NCBI GenBank assembly: GCA_028715605.1 | Contig: JAQURM010000008.1 | Location: 39,474 to 103,473, forward strand | DNA length: 64,000 nt | Direction of reading: 5' to 3' | From: Desulfovibrionales bacterium | GTDB taxonomy: Bacteria > Desulfobacterota > QYQD01 | Shown: piece after piece, positions 56,557 to 64,000 of the stretch | Layout: the number at the start of each line of letters is the position of its first letter | Numbering within the stretch: the first letter of the stretch is position 1 | The notes under the pieces: generated by a model | Database searches by the model: none | Told to the model about the DNA's origin: nothing | The model's input: only the letters and a program-made list of their open reading frames with translations | Made by a program: the position numbers and the translations under genes

Positions 56557-57819
56557 ATGAAACTATTCAAAACAATTTATCAGGCGTTAGTTATGGCATC
56601 CGCCGCGCACGCCAGATGGGACTATGAAGCATCTATGTCCATCCTGAAAAACAGGAAAAAGTTACTGATATTAATTGCTCTCTCGCTGCCGATCCTGGCC
56701 GTAATGGTGACCTCGGCGGCAGACCTTCCGCACATCCTGGGCGGCAAGAAGGCCTATGCCCCGGCCACCTATACGACTACTATTTTTCTGTCCTCGATAG
56801 CCATCGGCCTCATCGCCGGACTGATTACGGGTTGCATCGGCGCAGGAGGCGGCTTTGTTATCGCCCCGGCCCTGATGAGCGCCGGTATCAAGGGTATCAC
56901 GGCGGTGGGTACGGACCTCTTCCACATCTTTGCCAAGGCCATCATGGGGACGGCCGTACACAAGAAACTCGGCAACGTCTCCACCGGGCTGGCCGTGGCC
57001 TTTGTCTTTGGCTCTATCTTTGGCGTCCTGGGCGGCGGAGTTATCAACCGGGCCCTCTATAACATGAACCCCCTTATCAGTGATACCTTCATCAGTATTA
57101 TCTATGCCGTGCTGTTAGGCTTCCTGGGTATCTATGCCATGCTGGACTTTGTGAAAGCCAGCAAGAAAGGCGACGAGGGTGGGGCCCACGGCGGTGGCCC
57201 GGTTGGCGAGTTGACCGGTCTGCCTGTAAGGATGCAATCCATAAAGATCCCGCCCATGATCGCCTTTGACGAGGATGTAGTCCCGGGCGGAAGAAAACTA
57301 TCTTTTTGGATAGTCGCCATTATGGGGTCCTTTGTCGGTTTGGTGGCGGCCATCATGGGTGTCGGCGGCGGCTTTCTGACCTTTCCGATATTTGTCTACA
57401 TGCTCGGTGTGTCTTCATTTACCACGGTGGGTACTGATATTCTTCAGATCATCATGACCGCCGGCTTTGCCTCTATCTCGCAATATGCCATCTATGGCTT
57501 TGTCTTCTACACCCTGGCCATGGGGATGCTCCTCGGCTCCCTTATCGGCATCCAGGTCGGGGCGTTGACGACCAAGGTGGTGCGCGGCATCTATATCCGG
57601 GCCTTTTATGCCATGGCCGTGTTGGCCGGTTTCTTCAACCGGCTCTTTGCCCTTCCGAAGAAATTCAACGAATTAGGATGGATCGATATAGCCAAATCGA
57701 CCGCCAGTATGTTCGACACCATCGGCATCATCCTGTTCTTTATAGTGGTGACGACCTTCGGCGTGTTTGTCTTTGGCAAATTCTTCGGAAACCTTAAAGA
57801 ACTGAGAGGGGAGGGATAA
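56557..57819 (+). CDS. TauE/SafE-family transporter with internally duplicated domain; right paralogue of 27614-28879
   Basis: About 93% aa identity to the left copy. Confidence 0.8.
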   Translation: MKLFKTIYQALVMASAAHARWDYEASMSILKNRKKLLILIALSLPILAVMVTSAADLPHILGGKKAYAPATYTTTIFLSSIAIGLIAGLITGCIGAGGGFVIAPALMSAGIKGITAVGTDLFHIFAKAIMGTAVHKKLGNVSTGLAVAFVFGSIFGVLGGGVINRALYNMNPLISDTFISIIYAVLLGFLGIYAMLDFVKASKKGDEGGAHGGGPVGELTGLPVRMQSIKIPPMIAFDEDVVPGGRKLSFWIVAIMGSFVGLVAAIMGVGGGFLTFPIFVYMLGVSSFTTVGTDILQIIMTAGFASISQYAIYGFVFYTLAMGMLLGSLIGIQVGALTTKVVRGIYIRAFYAMAVLAGFFNRLFALPKKFNELGWIDIAKSTASMFDTIGIILFFIVVTTFGVFVFGKFFGNLKELRGEG

Positions 57820-57822
57820 ACC

Positions 57823-58536
57823 ATGTTGGTAAAAAACACAAAGGCATTCAACCTGGGGCTGCTCTTGTTAGTCTCTTTTGCCATAGTATTTTACGTTATC
57901 ATGTTTGTACCCTGTTTTAAGGGAAAGACTACCATTATCTATGCGGATGACATGTTCAACTCCCTGGCCAAGGGATCGACTTACTTTATCCCGAAGTACA
58001 TGGAGAGTACACAGAAATTCGTCGGCAGACCGCTGGAGATGACCATAAAGCTCAAGAATGCGGCCGAGGCCGAAAAAGCGGCCATACTTTTTAGTAAAAA
58101 CGGCTCGAATGCCGTGGTAGCAGAAGATAAGGTCACTCTAAGCGGCGGAGACTTTGGCAAGACGCTGCTGGTCGCGGAGAACGACGCAGACCTTATGTTT
58201 AATGACCGGGGGGCGGAGGTGGCCGCCAAATACGGTTACGATGAGAAGGAGGTCATGTATATCTGGCATTCGGCCTTAAAGTCCCTAATCAAGGAGCTGG
58301 AAAAACAGGAGCGCTTTGAAGGCTCGATCTTTCTCGGCGATGTTTTGACCAAGGTCATAGAACCCGGCTACAATTTTTACGGTATAAAGCCGGAGAAGGT
58401 CAAGGACCATATCGGCCTGCTGGTGGGATTTCTGGGCTTCTATGTCATCTATACCCTGTGGTTTGGTTATTCCATCTATGAATTGTTTAATGGAATAGGC
58501 CTGACCATGACCAAATCCAAGGCCAAGAAGGAATAA
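57823..58536 (+). CDS. Membrane-anchored hypothetical protein (237 aa); right paralogue of 26897-27610
   Basis: About 85% aa identity to the left copy. Confidence 0.6.
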   Translation: MLVKNTKAFNLGLLLLVSFAIVFYVIMFVPCFKGKTTIIYADDMFNSLAKGSTYFIPKYMESTQKFVGRPLEMTIKLKNAAEAEKAAILFSKNGSNAVVAEDKVTLSGGDFGKTLLVAENDADLMFNDRGAEVAAKYGYDEKEVMYIWHSALKSLIKELEKQERFEGSIFLGDVLTKVIEPGYNFYGIKPEKVKDHIGLLVGFLGFYVIYTLWFGYSIYELFNGIGLTMTKSKAKKE

Positions 58537-58559
58537 AAAACCTAAGACAGGAGGTAAAC

Positions 58560-58994
58560 ATGAAGATATTAGTGCCGATCGACGGTTCCAAATATGCCAT
58601 GGAGGCGGTCAAGATGGTCTCCGAGCTGGCCAGGGCCACGGGCGCTCAGGTGACCCTTATGACCGTAACGCCCTCTATTGCCGATATAGATATCGAATAT
58701 ACGGCCCGTGAACGGGAATCTCTGGAACAGAAAACCACGGCTTATGGAGAAAATGTCCTGGAACAGGCCGAAAAAGTGCTTGGTGCAACGGGATTAATTC
58801 CAAAGACCCTCATGATGGCATCAACCTCGGTAGCCGATGCTATCATATCGGCGGCCAAAAAGGGCAAGTTTGACCTTATTGCCGTAGGCAGCCGAGGATT
58901 AGGGGCCACGGCCCGTTTTATCATGGGTGGCGTGGCCTCGCGGGTGGTTAATCACGCCCCCTGCTCGGTGCTGGTGGTAAGGATGGAAAAATAG
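58560..58994 (+). CDS. Universal stress protein (single UspA domain); right paralogue of 26168-26602
   Basis: About 80% aa identity to the left copy. Confidence 0.85.
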   Translation: MKILVPIDGSKYAMEAVKMVSELARATGAQVTLMTVTPSIADIDIEYTARERESLEQKTTAYGENVLEQAEKVLGATGLIPKTLMMASTSVADAIISAAKKGKFDLIAVGSRGLGATARFIMGGVASRVVNHAPCSVLVVRMEK

Positions 58995-59024
58995 GCAAGG
59001 CATCCAGCAAAATATCTACAACAA

Positions 59025-59058
59025 AAAGGGTCTCTCTCACCGGAGACCCTTTTTGTTG
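59025..59058 (+). terminator. Rho-independent terminator after usp (gggtctc-tctcacc-ggagaccc + T-run); a second hairpin follows at 59063-59090
   Basis: aaaaagggtctctctcaccggagaccctttttgttg. Confidence 0.6.
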
Positions 59059-59247
59059 CAAAGGGGGGGCGTAATTCTCCCCCTTTTGCGACTGTGTCGT
59101 AATAAATTATTTTCATTGTCCTTTATGTCGCTATGCGACATATGTGTTTCATATGTGATTTTTTATTGATAAAAAATATGTTATATTAATTCAAATGTGG
59201 GTGTTTTACTTTATCGTTCATTTTGTAAACTGGCACAAGGTTTATCA

Positions 59248-59898
59248 ATGTCATCTGCACAACCGGCAATACCGGCAATAACAGAATTTACCTCGGGGCT
59301 TGGCCGTTTCATGGAGCGCCTGAAGACTATCTACCAGGCCATGGACAAGGCTTACGATGAGATAACAGCTTACTATGGCTGCTCCTGTGCGGGTTGTGAC
59401 GGCAATTGTTGCACGAGTTACTTTTTCCATTATACGGTGGCGGAGTATCTCTACCTTGCGAAGGGCTTCCAGGCCCTCAGCCCGGAAAGACAACATGAAG
59501 TGCGGCGTCTTGCCCGTGAATTTGTAAAGGACCGCGACCGGCTGGAGGCTGAAGGGAAAAAGATTGACCTGATGTGCCCGCTCAATGATAGAGGTCTCTG
59601 CGGCCTGTACGCCTTCCGTCCGATGATATGCCGGCTGCACGGAGTCCCACACTCATATCGCAGGCCGGACCTGGCGCTGGTTCGGGGTGAAGGCTGTCCT
59701 AAACTGGTCCCGCCGGTCGTAGATACGCCGGGGCATACCATAGAGAAGCCCGCCCGCCGTGAGCTTGACCGCAGCCGATTTTATAGAGATCTGGCCAGGC
59801 TGGAACAGGAACTACGCCAGGAAATCGGCTTTGGCGAACGTATCAAGATGACCATTGCCGACATGATCACGTCCATGGAGAAACAGGAGGCATCGTAG
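59248..59898 (+). CDS. YkgJ/UPF0153-family cysteine-cluster (putative Fe-S/Zn-binding) protein
   Basis: CSCAGCDGNCC...C motif; start taken at MSSAQPAIP. Confidence 0.6.
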   Translation: MSSAQPAIPAITEFTSGLGRFMERLKTIYQAMDKAYDEITAYYGCSCAGCDGNCCTSYFFHYTVAEYLYLAKGFQALSPERQHEVRRLAREFVKDRDRLEAEGKKIDLMCPLNDRGLCGLYAFRPMICRLHGVPHSYRRPDLALVRGEGCPKLVPPVVDTPGHTIEKPARRELDRSRFYRDLARLEQELRQEIGFGERIKMTIADMITSMEKQEAS

Positions 59899-60132
59899 AT
59901 GGAAAAATTGACTTGCATCTTCTGCGGTGGAGAGGCCACTATCCAGGGAAAGTGATACAATGCCCGGGTAGTCTGCAAGGATTGTGGACAAGAGACGAAA
60001 AAAGAGGCCTATCAGGACCAGATAGAAAAGTGGATAGAATCTGTCTGTCTGAATACTTCCCCCGTCAAGAGGTAAATCCCGGGGCTTCCGGCCTATGGTC
60101 GGTCGCAGACCGGATGTACTCCAGGTAGCAAA

Positions 60133-60528
60133 ATGAAAGGTATTCTCATCCGTTGGATCATAAACGCCGGCGCCCTCTTCCTCGCTGCCCGTGTGGTAGA
60201 AGGGATAGAGATCACCGGATTTCTACCGGCCCTGGCCGGTGCCTTGATCCTTGGGATACTGAACACCTTTATTCGTCCGGTTGTACTGATCTTAACCCTC
60301 CCTCTAAACGTCCTTACCTTAGGGCTTCTGACTTTTATCATAAACGGCCTTATGCTCAAAATCGCGGCCTCCATCCTTAAGGGCTTTGAGGTCCAGGGCT
60401 TTTGGCCGGCGGTCTGGGGCGCCTTGATTATAAGTACCGTAAGCTGGATAATGAACATATTCATTAACTCCCGGGGAAAGATTGAACACATCGAGATGAA
60501 AAAAGGTCGGAACGGGCAATGGGAGTAA
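60133..60528 (+). CDS. DUF360 / phage-holin-4-like small membrane protein
   Basis: MKGILIRWIINAGALFLAA...LILGILNTFIRPVVLIL; four transmembrane segments. Confidence 0.55.
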   Translation: MKGILIRWIINAGALFLAARVVEGIEITGFLPALAGALILGILNTFIRPVVLILTLPLNVLTLGLLTFIINGLMLKIAASILKGFEVQGFWPAVWGALIISTVSWIMNIFINSRGKIEHIEMKKGRNGQWE

Positions 60529-60761
60529 ATGTGAATTAGATAACAAACTTGTTGACAAAATTGTATATTGCGGTAATTGTATCTATATCTGGGGTACGGA
60601 GTGGTACTTCAGAGGTAGACAAAGGCGTCCACTGGACTTATTATTTATACGCGTATCCAGCGGACGTTTTTTTATTTCCCCGGGAAGAAATCTTGACGGC
60701 ATTAATGTATGCACAAAAATGCGCATATCCTATATAGCCGGTCTCTAAGGAGCACATAAAA

Positions 60762-62285
60762 GTGTTACACCAGCCAATAACTAAAAATTACCACGACTTC
60801 ATCATCGAGCGTGATCCGGAAAAGTGCATCCAGTGCCAGGTCTGCGTCCGTCAGTGCTCTTACGGCGCGCATATCTACAATGAAAAAGATGAACGGGTTA
60901 CCGAAGATGAGACCAAATGCGTCGGCTGCCACCGTTGTGAGGCCCTCTGCCCCACCGGGGCCCTGACTATCAGGAGAAACCCGTCCGAATTCAGAGAAAA
61001 CGCACTCTGGGCCCCGCAGTTTATCAAAAATATTTATAAGCAGGCGGATACCGGCGGCGTCCTTTTGACCGGTATGGGCAACCCTTATCCCTACCCCGTC
61101 TATTGGGATCGTATGGTCCTGGATGCCAGTCAGGTGACCAACCCCTCCATTGACCCCCTCCGGGAACCGATGGAACTCAGGACATGGCTCGGCTCTAAAC
61201 CGGATGCTGTCGAAATAGAAATGAAAAAAGGCAGTCCTAAACTCACAACGCAGTTTTCGCCGCAGTTGCAGGTTAACTACCCCATCCTGTTCTCGGCCAT
61301 GTCCTATGGATCTATCAATCTGAATGTTCACGTCGGTCTGGCCCGTGCTGCGGAAGAATTAGGAATTCTTTACAATACCGGCGAGGGCGGCCTGCATCAA
61401 AGCCTGTATAAATACGGTAAAAATACCATTGTTCAGTGCGCTTCCGGTCGTTTCGGCGTGGACAGCAAGTACCTTAATGCCGGTGTGGCTATTGAAATCA
61501 AAATCGGCCAGGGGGCAAAACCCGGTATCGGCGGCCATTTACCCGGCGAAAAAATAGGAAAAGAAATTTCCATCACCAGGATGATCCCGGAGGGGAGCGA
61601 CGCCATCTCACCCGCGCCTCACCATGATATCTACTCCATCGAAGACCTGCGGCAACTCATTTACGCCCTTAAAGAGGCCACCGATTATGAAAAACCGGTC
61701 TTTGTAAAGATTGCCGCGGTTCATAACTCCGCAGCCATCGCCAGCGGTATAGCCAGGGCCGGAGCAGATGTCATCGCCATAGATGGATTCCGTGGAGGCA
61801 CCGGAGCCGCCCCCACCATGATCCGTGACAATGTAGGCATCCCCATTGAACTGGCCTTGGCCTCTGTTGACGAAAGACTAAGGCAGGAAGGGATACGAAA
61901 CCGCGTCTCCCTGCTGGCGGCAGGTGGCATCCGCTGCAGCGCCGATGTAGTAAAGGCCATCGCCCTCGGCGCAGACGCGGTATATATCGGGACGGCAGCC
62001 TTGATCGCCGTCGGCTGTACTGTCTGCCAGCGTTGCTATACCGGTAAATGCCCCTGGGGTATCGCTACGAATGATCCATATCTTGCCAAGCGGATCAATC
62101 CGGATATTGCCCACCGGAGATTGGCCAACCTGATCCGGGCCTGGGGACATGAAATCCAGGAGATGCTGGGAGGCATGGGTCTCAATGCCATCGAGAGCCT
62201 GCGGGGCAACCGTGAGAAGCTTCGCGGTGTAGGGCTGAATGAAATGGAATTAAATATCCTCGGCATTAAACATGCTGGGGCATAG
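60762..62285 (+). CDS. Glutamate synthase domain-2 (GltB FMN-binding)-like protein with N-terminal 4Fe-4S ferredoxin motifs
   Basis: GTG start after AAGGAG. CIQCQVCVRQC and CVGCHRCEALCP clusters, then an FMN-binding TIM barrel with a C-terminal CxxCxxGKC motif. Confidence 0.75.
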   Translation: MLHQPITKNYHDFIIERDPEKCIQCQVCVRQCSYGAHIYNEKDERVTEDETKCVGCHRCEALCPTGALTIRRNPSEFRENALWAPQFIKNIYKQADTGGVLLTGMGNPYPYPVYWDRMVLDASQVTNPSIDPLREPMELRTWLGSKPDAVEIEMKKGSPKLTTQFSPQLQVNYPILFSAMSYGSINLNVHVGLARAAEELGILYNTGEGGLHQSLYKYGKNTIVQCASGRFGVDSKYLNAGVAIEIKIGQGAKPGIGGHLPGEKIGKEISITRMIPEGSDAISPAPHHDIYSIEDLRQLIYALKEATDYEKPVFVKIAAVHNSAAIASGIARAGADVIAIDGFRGGTGAAPTMIRDNVGIPIELALASVDERLRQEGIRNRVSLLAAGGIRCSADVVKAIALGADAVYIGTAALIAVGCTVCQRCYTGKCPWGIATNDPYLAKRINPDIAHRRLANLIRAWGHEIQEMLGGMGLNAIESLRGNREKLRGVGLNEMELNILGIKHAGA

Positions 62286-62732
62286 GTGTGTGCGAAGATG
62301 AAAAAGGTCTATGCAAGGGAAGACGTGTGTATCGGTTGCCGGCTCTGTGAACTCGCCTGTATCGTTGAACATTCTCTATCCAAAGACATCATAAGGGCCT
62401 TTAAGCAGGAAGAGAAAAGGCCTGCGCGCAATGTCGTGGAAGAATGCGGCCCGGTCTCGTTTTCTGTCCACTGCCGTCACTGTGACGAGCCGCCTTGTGT
62501 CCAGGTCTGTATTTCCGGGGCTATGGTCAAGGATGCAAAGACCGGAAGGGTCAGAAATATACCGGAAAAGTGCGTGGGCTGCTGGTCATGCGTCATGGCC
62601 TGCCCGTATGGAGTTATCAAAAGGGACACAAACCAGGGGAAGGTGATAAAATGCGACCTCTGCCCGGACCGCGATCTGCCGGCCTGTGTCTCCGCCTGCC
62701 CCAATGAGGCCCTGTTTTACGAGGAGAGATAG
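62286..62732 (+). CDS. 4Fe-4S dicluster ferredoxin-domain protein
   Basis: CIGCRLCELAC, CRHCDEPPCVQVC, CVGCWSCVMACP, CDLCPD...CVSACP. Confidence 0.7.
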   Translation: MCAKMKKVYAREDVCIGCRLCELACIVEHSLSKDIIRAFKQEEKRPARNVVEECGPVSFSVHCRHCDEPPCVQVCISGAMVKDAKTGRVRNIPEKCVGCWSCVMACPYGVIKRDTNQGKVIKCDLCPDRDLPACVSACPNEALFYEER

Positions 62733-62736
62733 GCTT

Positions 62737-64000
62737 ATGAAATATGTCATTATTGGAAATGGTGTAGCGGCCATAGGGGCGGTAGAAGGAATACGGCATA
62801 CAGACCGGCAAAATCCGGTTACTATCATTGCCGCTGAGCCCTACGCCACATACGGTCGCCCCCTTATTGCCAACCTTTTGCGGGGAAAGATACATGTGGC
62901 AGACCTGGCCTACCGTCCGGAGGCATTCTACCGCGATAATAAGGTAACCCTCTTGCTGGGACGTACTGCCACAAAAATCGATGTCGCGGCGCGCCGGGCG
63001 CTATTGGAAGATGGAGACAAAGTCCCCTACGACAAACTCCTCATCGCCACGGGCGGCAAGCCTTTTATCCCGCCCATCCAGGGTAAAGACGGACCCGATG
63101 TCTATACCTTCACCACCCTCGATGACGCCGGGAAACTGGACGCATTGGTCGGTAAAATAAAACAAATCGTGGTTATCGGCGGGGGTCTTATCGGTCTTAA
63201 GGCCGCAGAAAGCCTCAATGATCGGGGTCTTAAGGTCGCTGTGGTCGAACTGGCCGACCGCATATTGAGCACCGCCTTTGACCAGACAGCCGGGAATATC
63301 ATCGGCAAACGTTTGGCCGAGGCGGGTATAGAGGTCATTACCGAAAATTCAGTTAAAGAGATCGTACGCAAAAATGATCGGGTAAAAGGCATTAAACTGA
63401 ACGACGGTCAAAGGCGGAGTTGCGAGGCTGTAGTAATAGCCATCGGGGTTATCCCCGACAAGGATATCGTCAAGGGAACCGGCATAGAGACAAATCGCGG
63501 CATAGTGGTCAACGACTATCTGGAGACATCTGTCGCCGGTATTTACGCAGCCGGAGACGTGGCCGAGGCCCTCGATCTTCTCTCCGGTGAAAGGCGTGTA
63601 GTGCCGATCTGGCCCAATGCCTATACCCAGGGACAGTACGCCGGCCGGAATATGGCCGGGGCCAGAGTGGCCTATAAGGGCGGGCTTCCCATGAATTCCA
63701 TTGAGTTTTATGGTATTCCCACCATGTCCATGGGTATGGCCAATCCAGCCGGTGCCGGCTATGAGGTCATAACCAAACTTATCCCTGAAAAGAATGTCTA
63801 TCGGAAGCTGGTCCTCAGGGATGGGATACTGGTCGGCGCCATGCTGATTGGCGAAGTAGAAAGGGCGGGGATACTGACCGGCCTCATCAGAAACAGGGTG
63901 AAGGTCAACAGTTTTAAAGAGGAATTAATGAAAGATACCCTTAGCCTTGGTTCTCTGCCCGGGGAAATACGGGCGGAGCGGTTAAGTAATCAAGAACTAT
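62737..64000 (+). CDS. FAD-dependent pyridine nucleotide-disulfide oxidoreductase (NADH oxidase-like), 3' end outside the window
   Basis: MKYVIIGNGVAAIGA (FAD GxGxxG), VVIGGGLIGLKAA (NAD), YAAGDVAE; no stop before the window end. Confidence 0.75.
   Translation, partial: MKYVIIGNGVAAIGAVEGIRHTDRQNPVTIIAAEPYATYGRPLIANLLRGKIHVADLAYRPEAFYRDNKVTLLLGRTATKIDVAARRALLEDGDKVPYDKLLIATGGKPFIPPIQGKDGPDVYTFTTLDDAGKLDALVGKIKQIVVIGGGLIGLKAAESLNDRGLKVAVVELADRILSTAFDQTAGNIIGKRLAEAGIEVITENSVKEIVRKNDRVKGIKLNDGQRRSCEAVVIAIGVIPDKDIVKGTGIETNRGIVVNDYLETSVAGIYAAGDVAEALDLLSGERRVVPIWPNAYTQGQYAGRNMAGARVAYKGGLPMNSIEFYGIPTMSMGMANPAGAGYEVITKLIPEKNVYRKLVLRDGILVGAMLIGEVERAGILTGLIRNRVKVNSFKEELMKDTLSLGSLPGEIRAERLSNQEL

Overview
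This 64 kb window appears to come from an anaerobic, Desulfobacterota-like bacterium. It combines a conserved housekeeping core with a left-end accessory (defence) island and a signalling- and stress-rich right half.

Core genes, mostly on the minus strand at the left and on the plus strand in the middle:
- coaX, glmM, cdaR and cdaA, folP, ftsH and tilS on the minus strand.
- tRNA-Leu followed by tig, clpP, clpX and lon on the plus strand, then tRNA-Val and tRNA-Asp.
- dprA, topA, an ECF sigma / anti-sigma / LTXXQ module, a split two-gene chrA, and an OprO/P-type porin.

Accessory island at about 424-8706:
- The boundary is marked by a duplicated, internally deleted copy of the 5' end of a phosphoglucomutase gene.
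- One flanking gene is a Schlafen-like AlbA_2 / HATPase_c_4 / wHTH gene preceded by a stand-alone Fic_N ORF that overlaps it by 4 nt.
- At the centre is a SIR2-HerA antiphage pair, preceded by two unknown ORFs of 148 and 80 aa whose stops overlap the next gene's start (8, 8 and 4 nt overlaps).
- Downstream of HerA are degraded nuclease-like ORFs.
- The other flank is a DUF4062-fused AlbA_2/HATPase paralogue.

Right half (about 45-56 kb):
- Two paralogous Cache-type sensor kinases, a PAS kinase, and an NtrC-type activator.
- A stand-alone receiver and a degenerate receiver.
- An unusual Lon paralogue in which the N-terminal substrate domain is lost and a receiver (REC) domain is inserted before the AAA+ module, sitting directly downstream of a sensor kinase.

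Other structure:
- A tauE / 237-aa membrane protein / usp cluster is present as two diverged inverted copies (26.2-28.9 kb and 56.6-59.0 kb) that bracket about 27.7 kb.
- The left copy carries a 216 bp MITE-like element with perfect 18 bp terminal inverted repeats that the right copy lacks; a related remnant lies between cdaA and cdaR.
- Also present are a twin-hairpin repeat element in two inverted copies, a roughly 60 bp intergenic motif present twice, an inverted chrA fragment, and several small tandem repeats and palindromes.
- No CRISPR array or transposase gene was seen.
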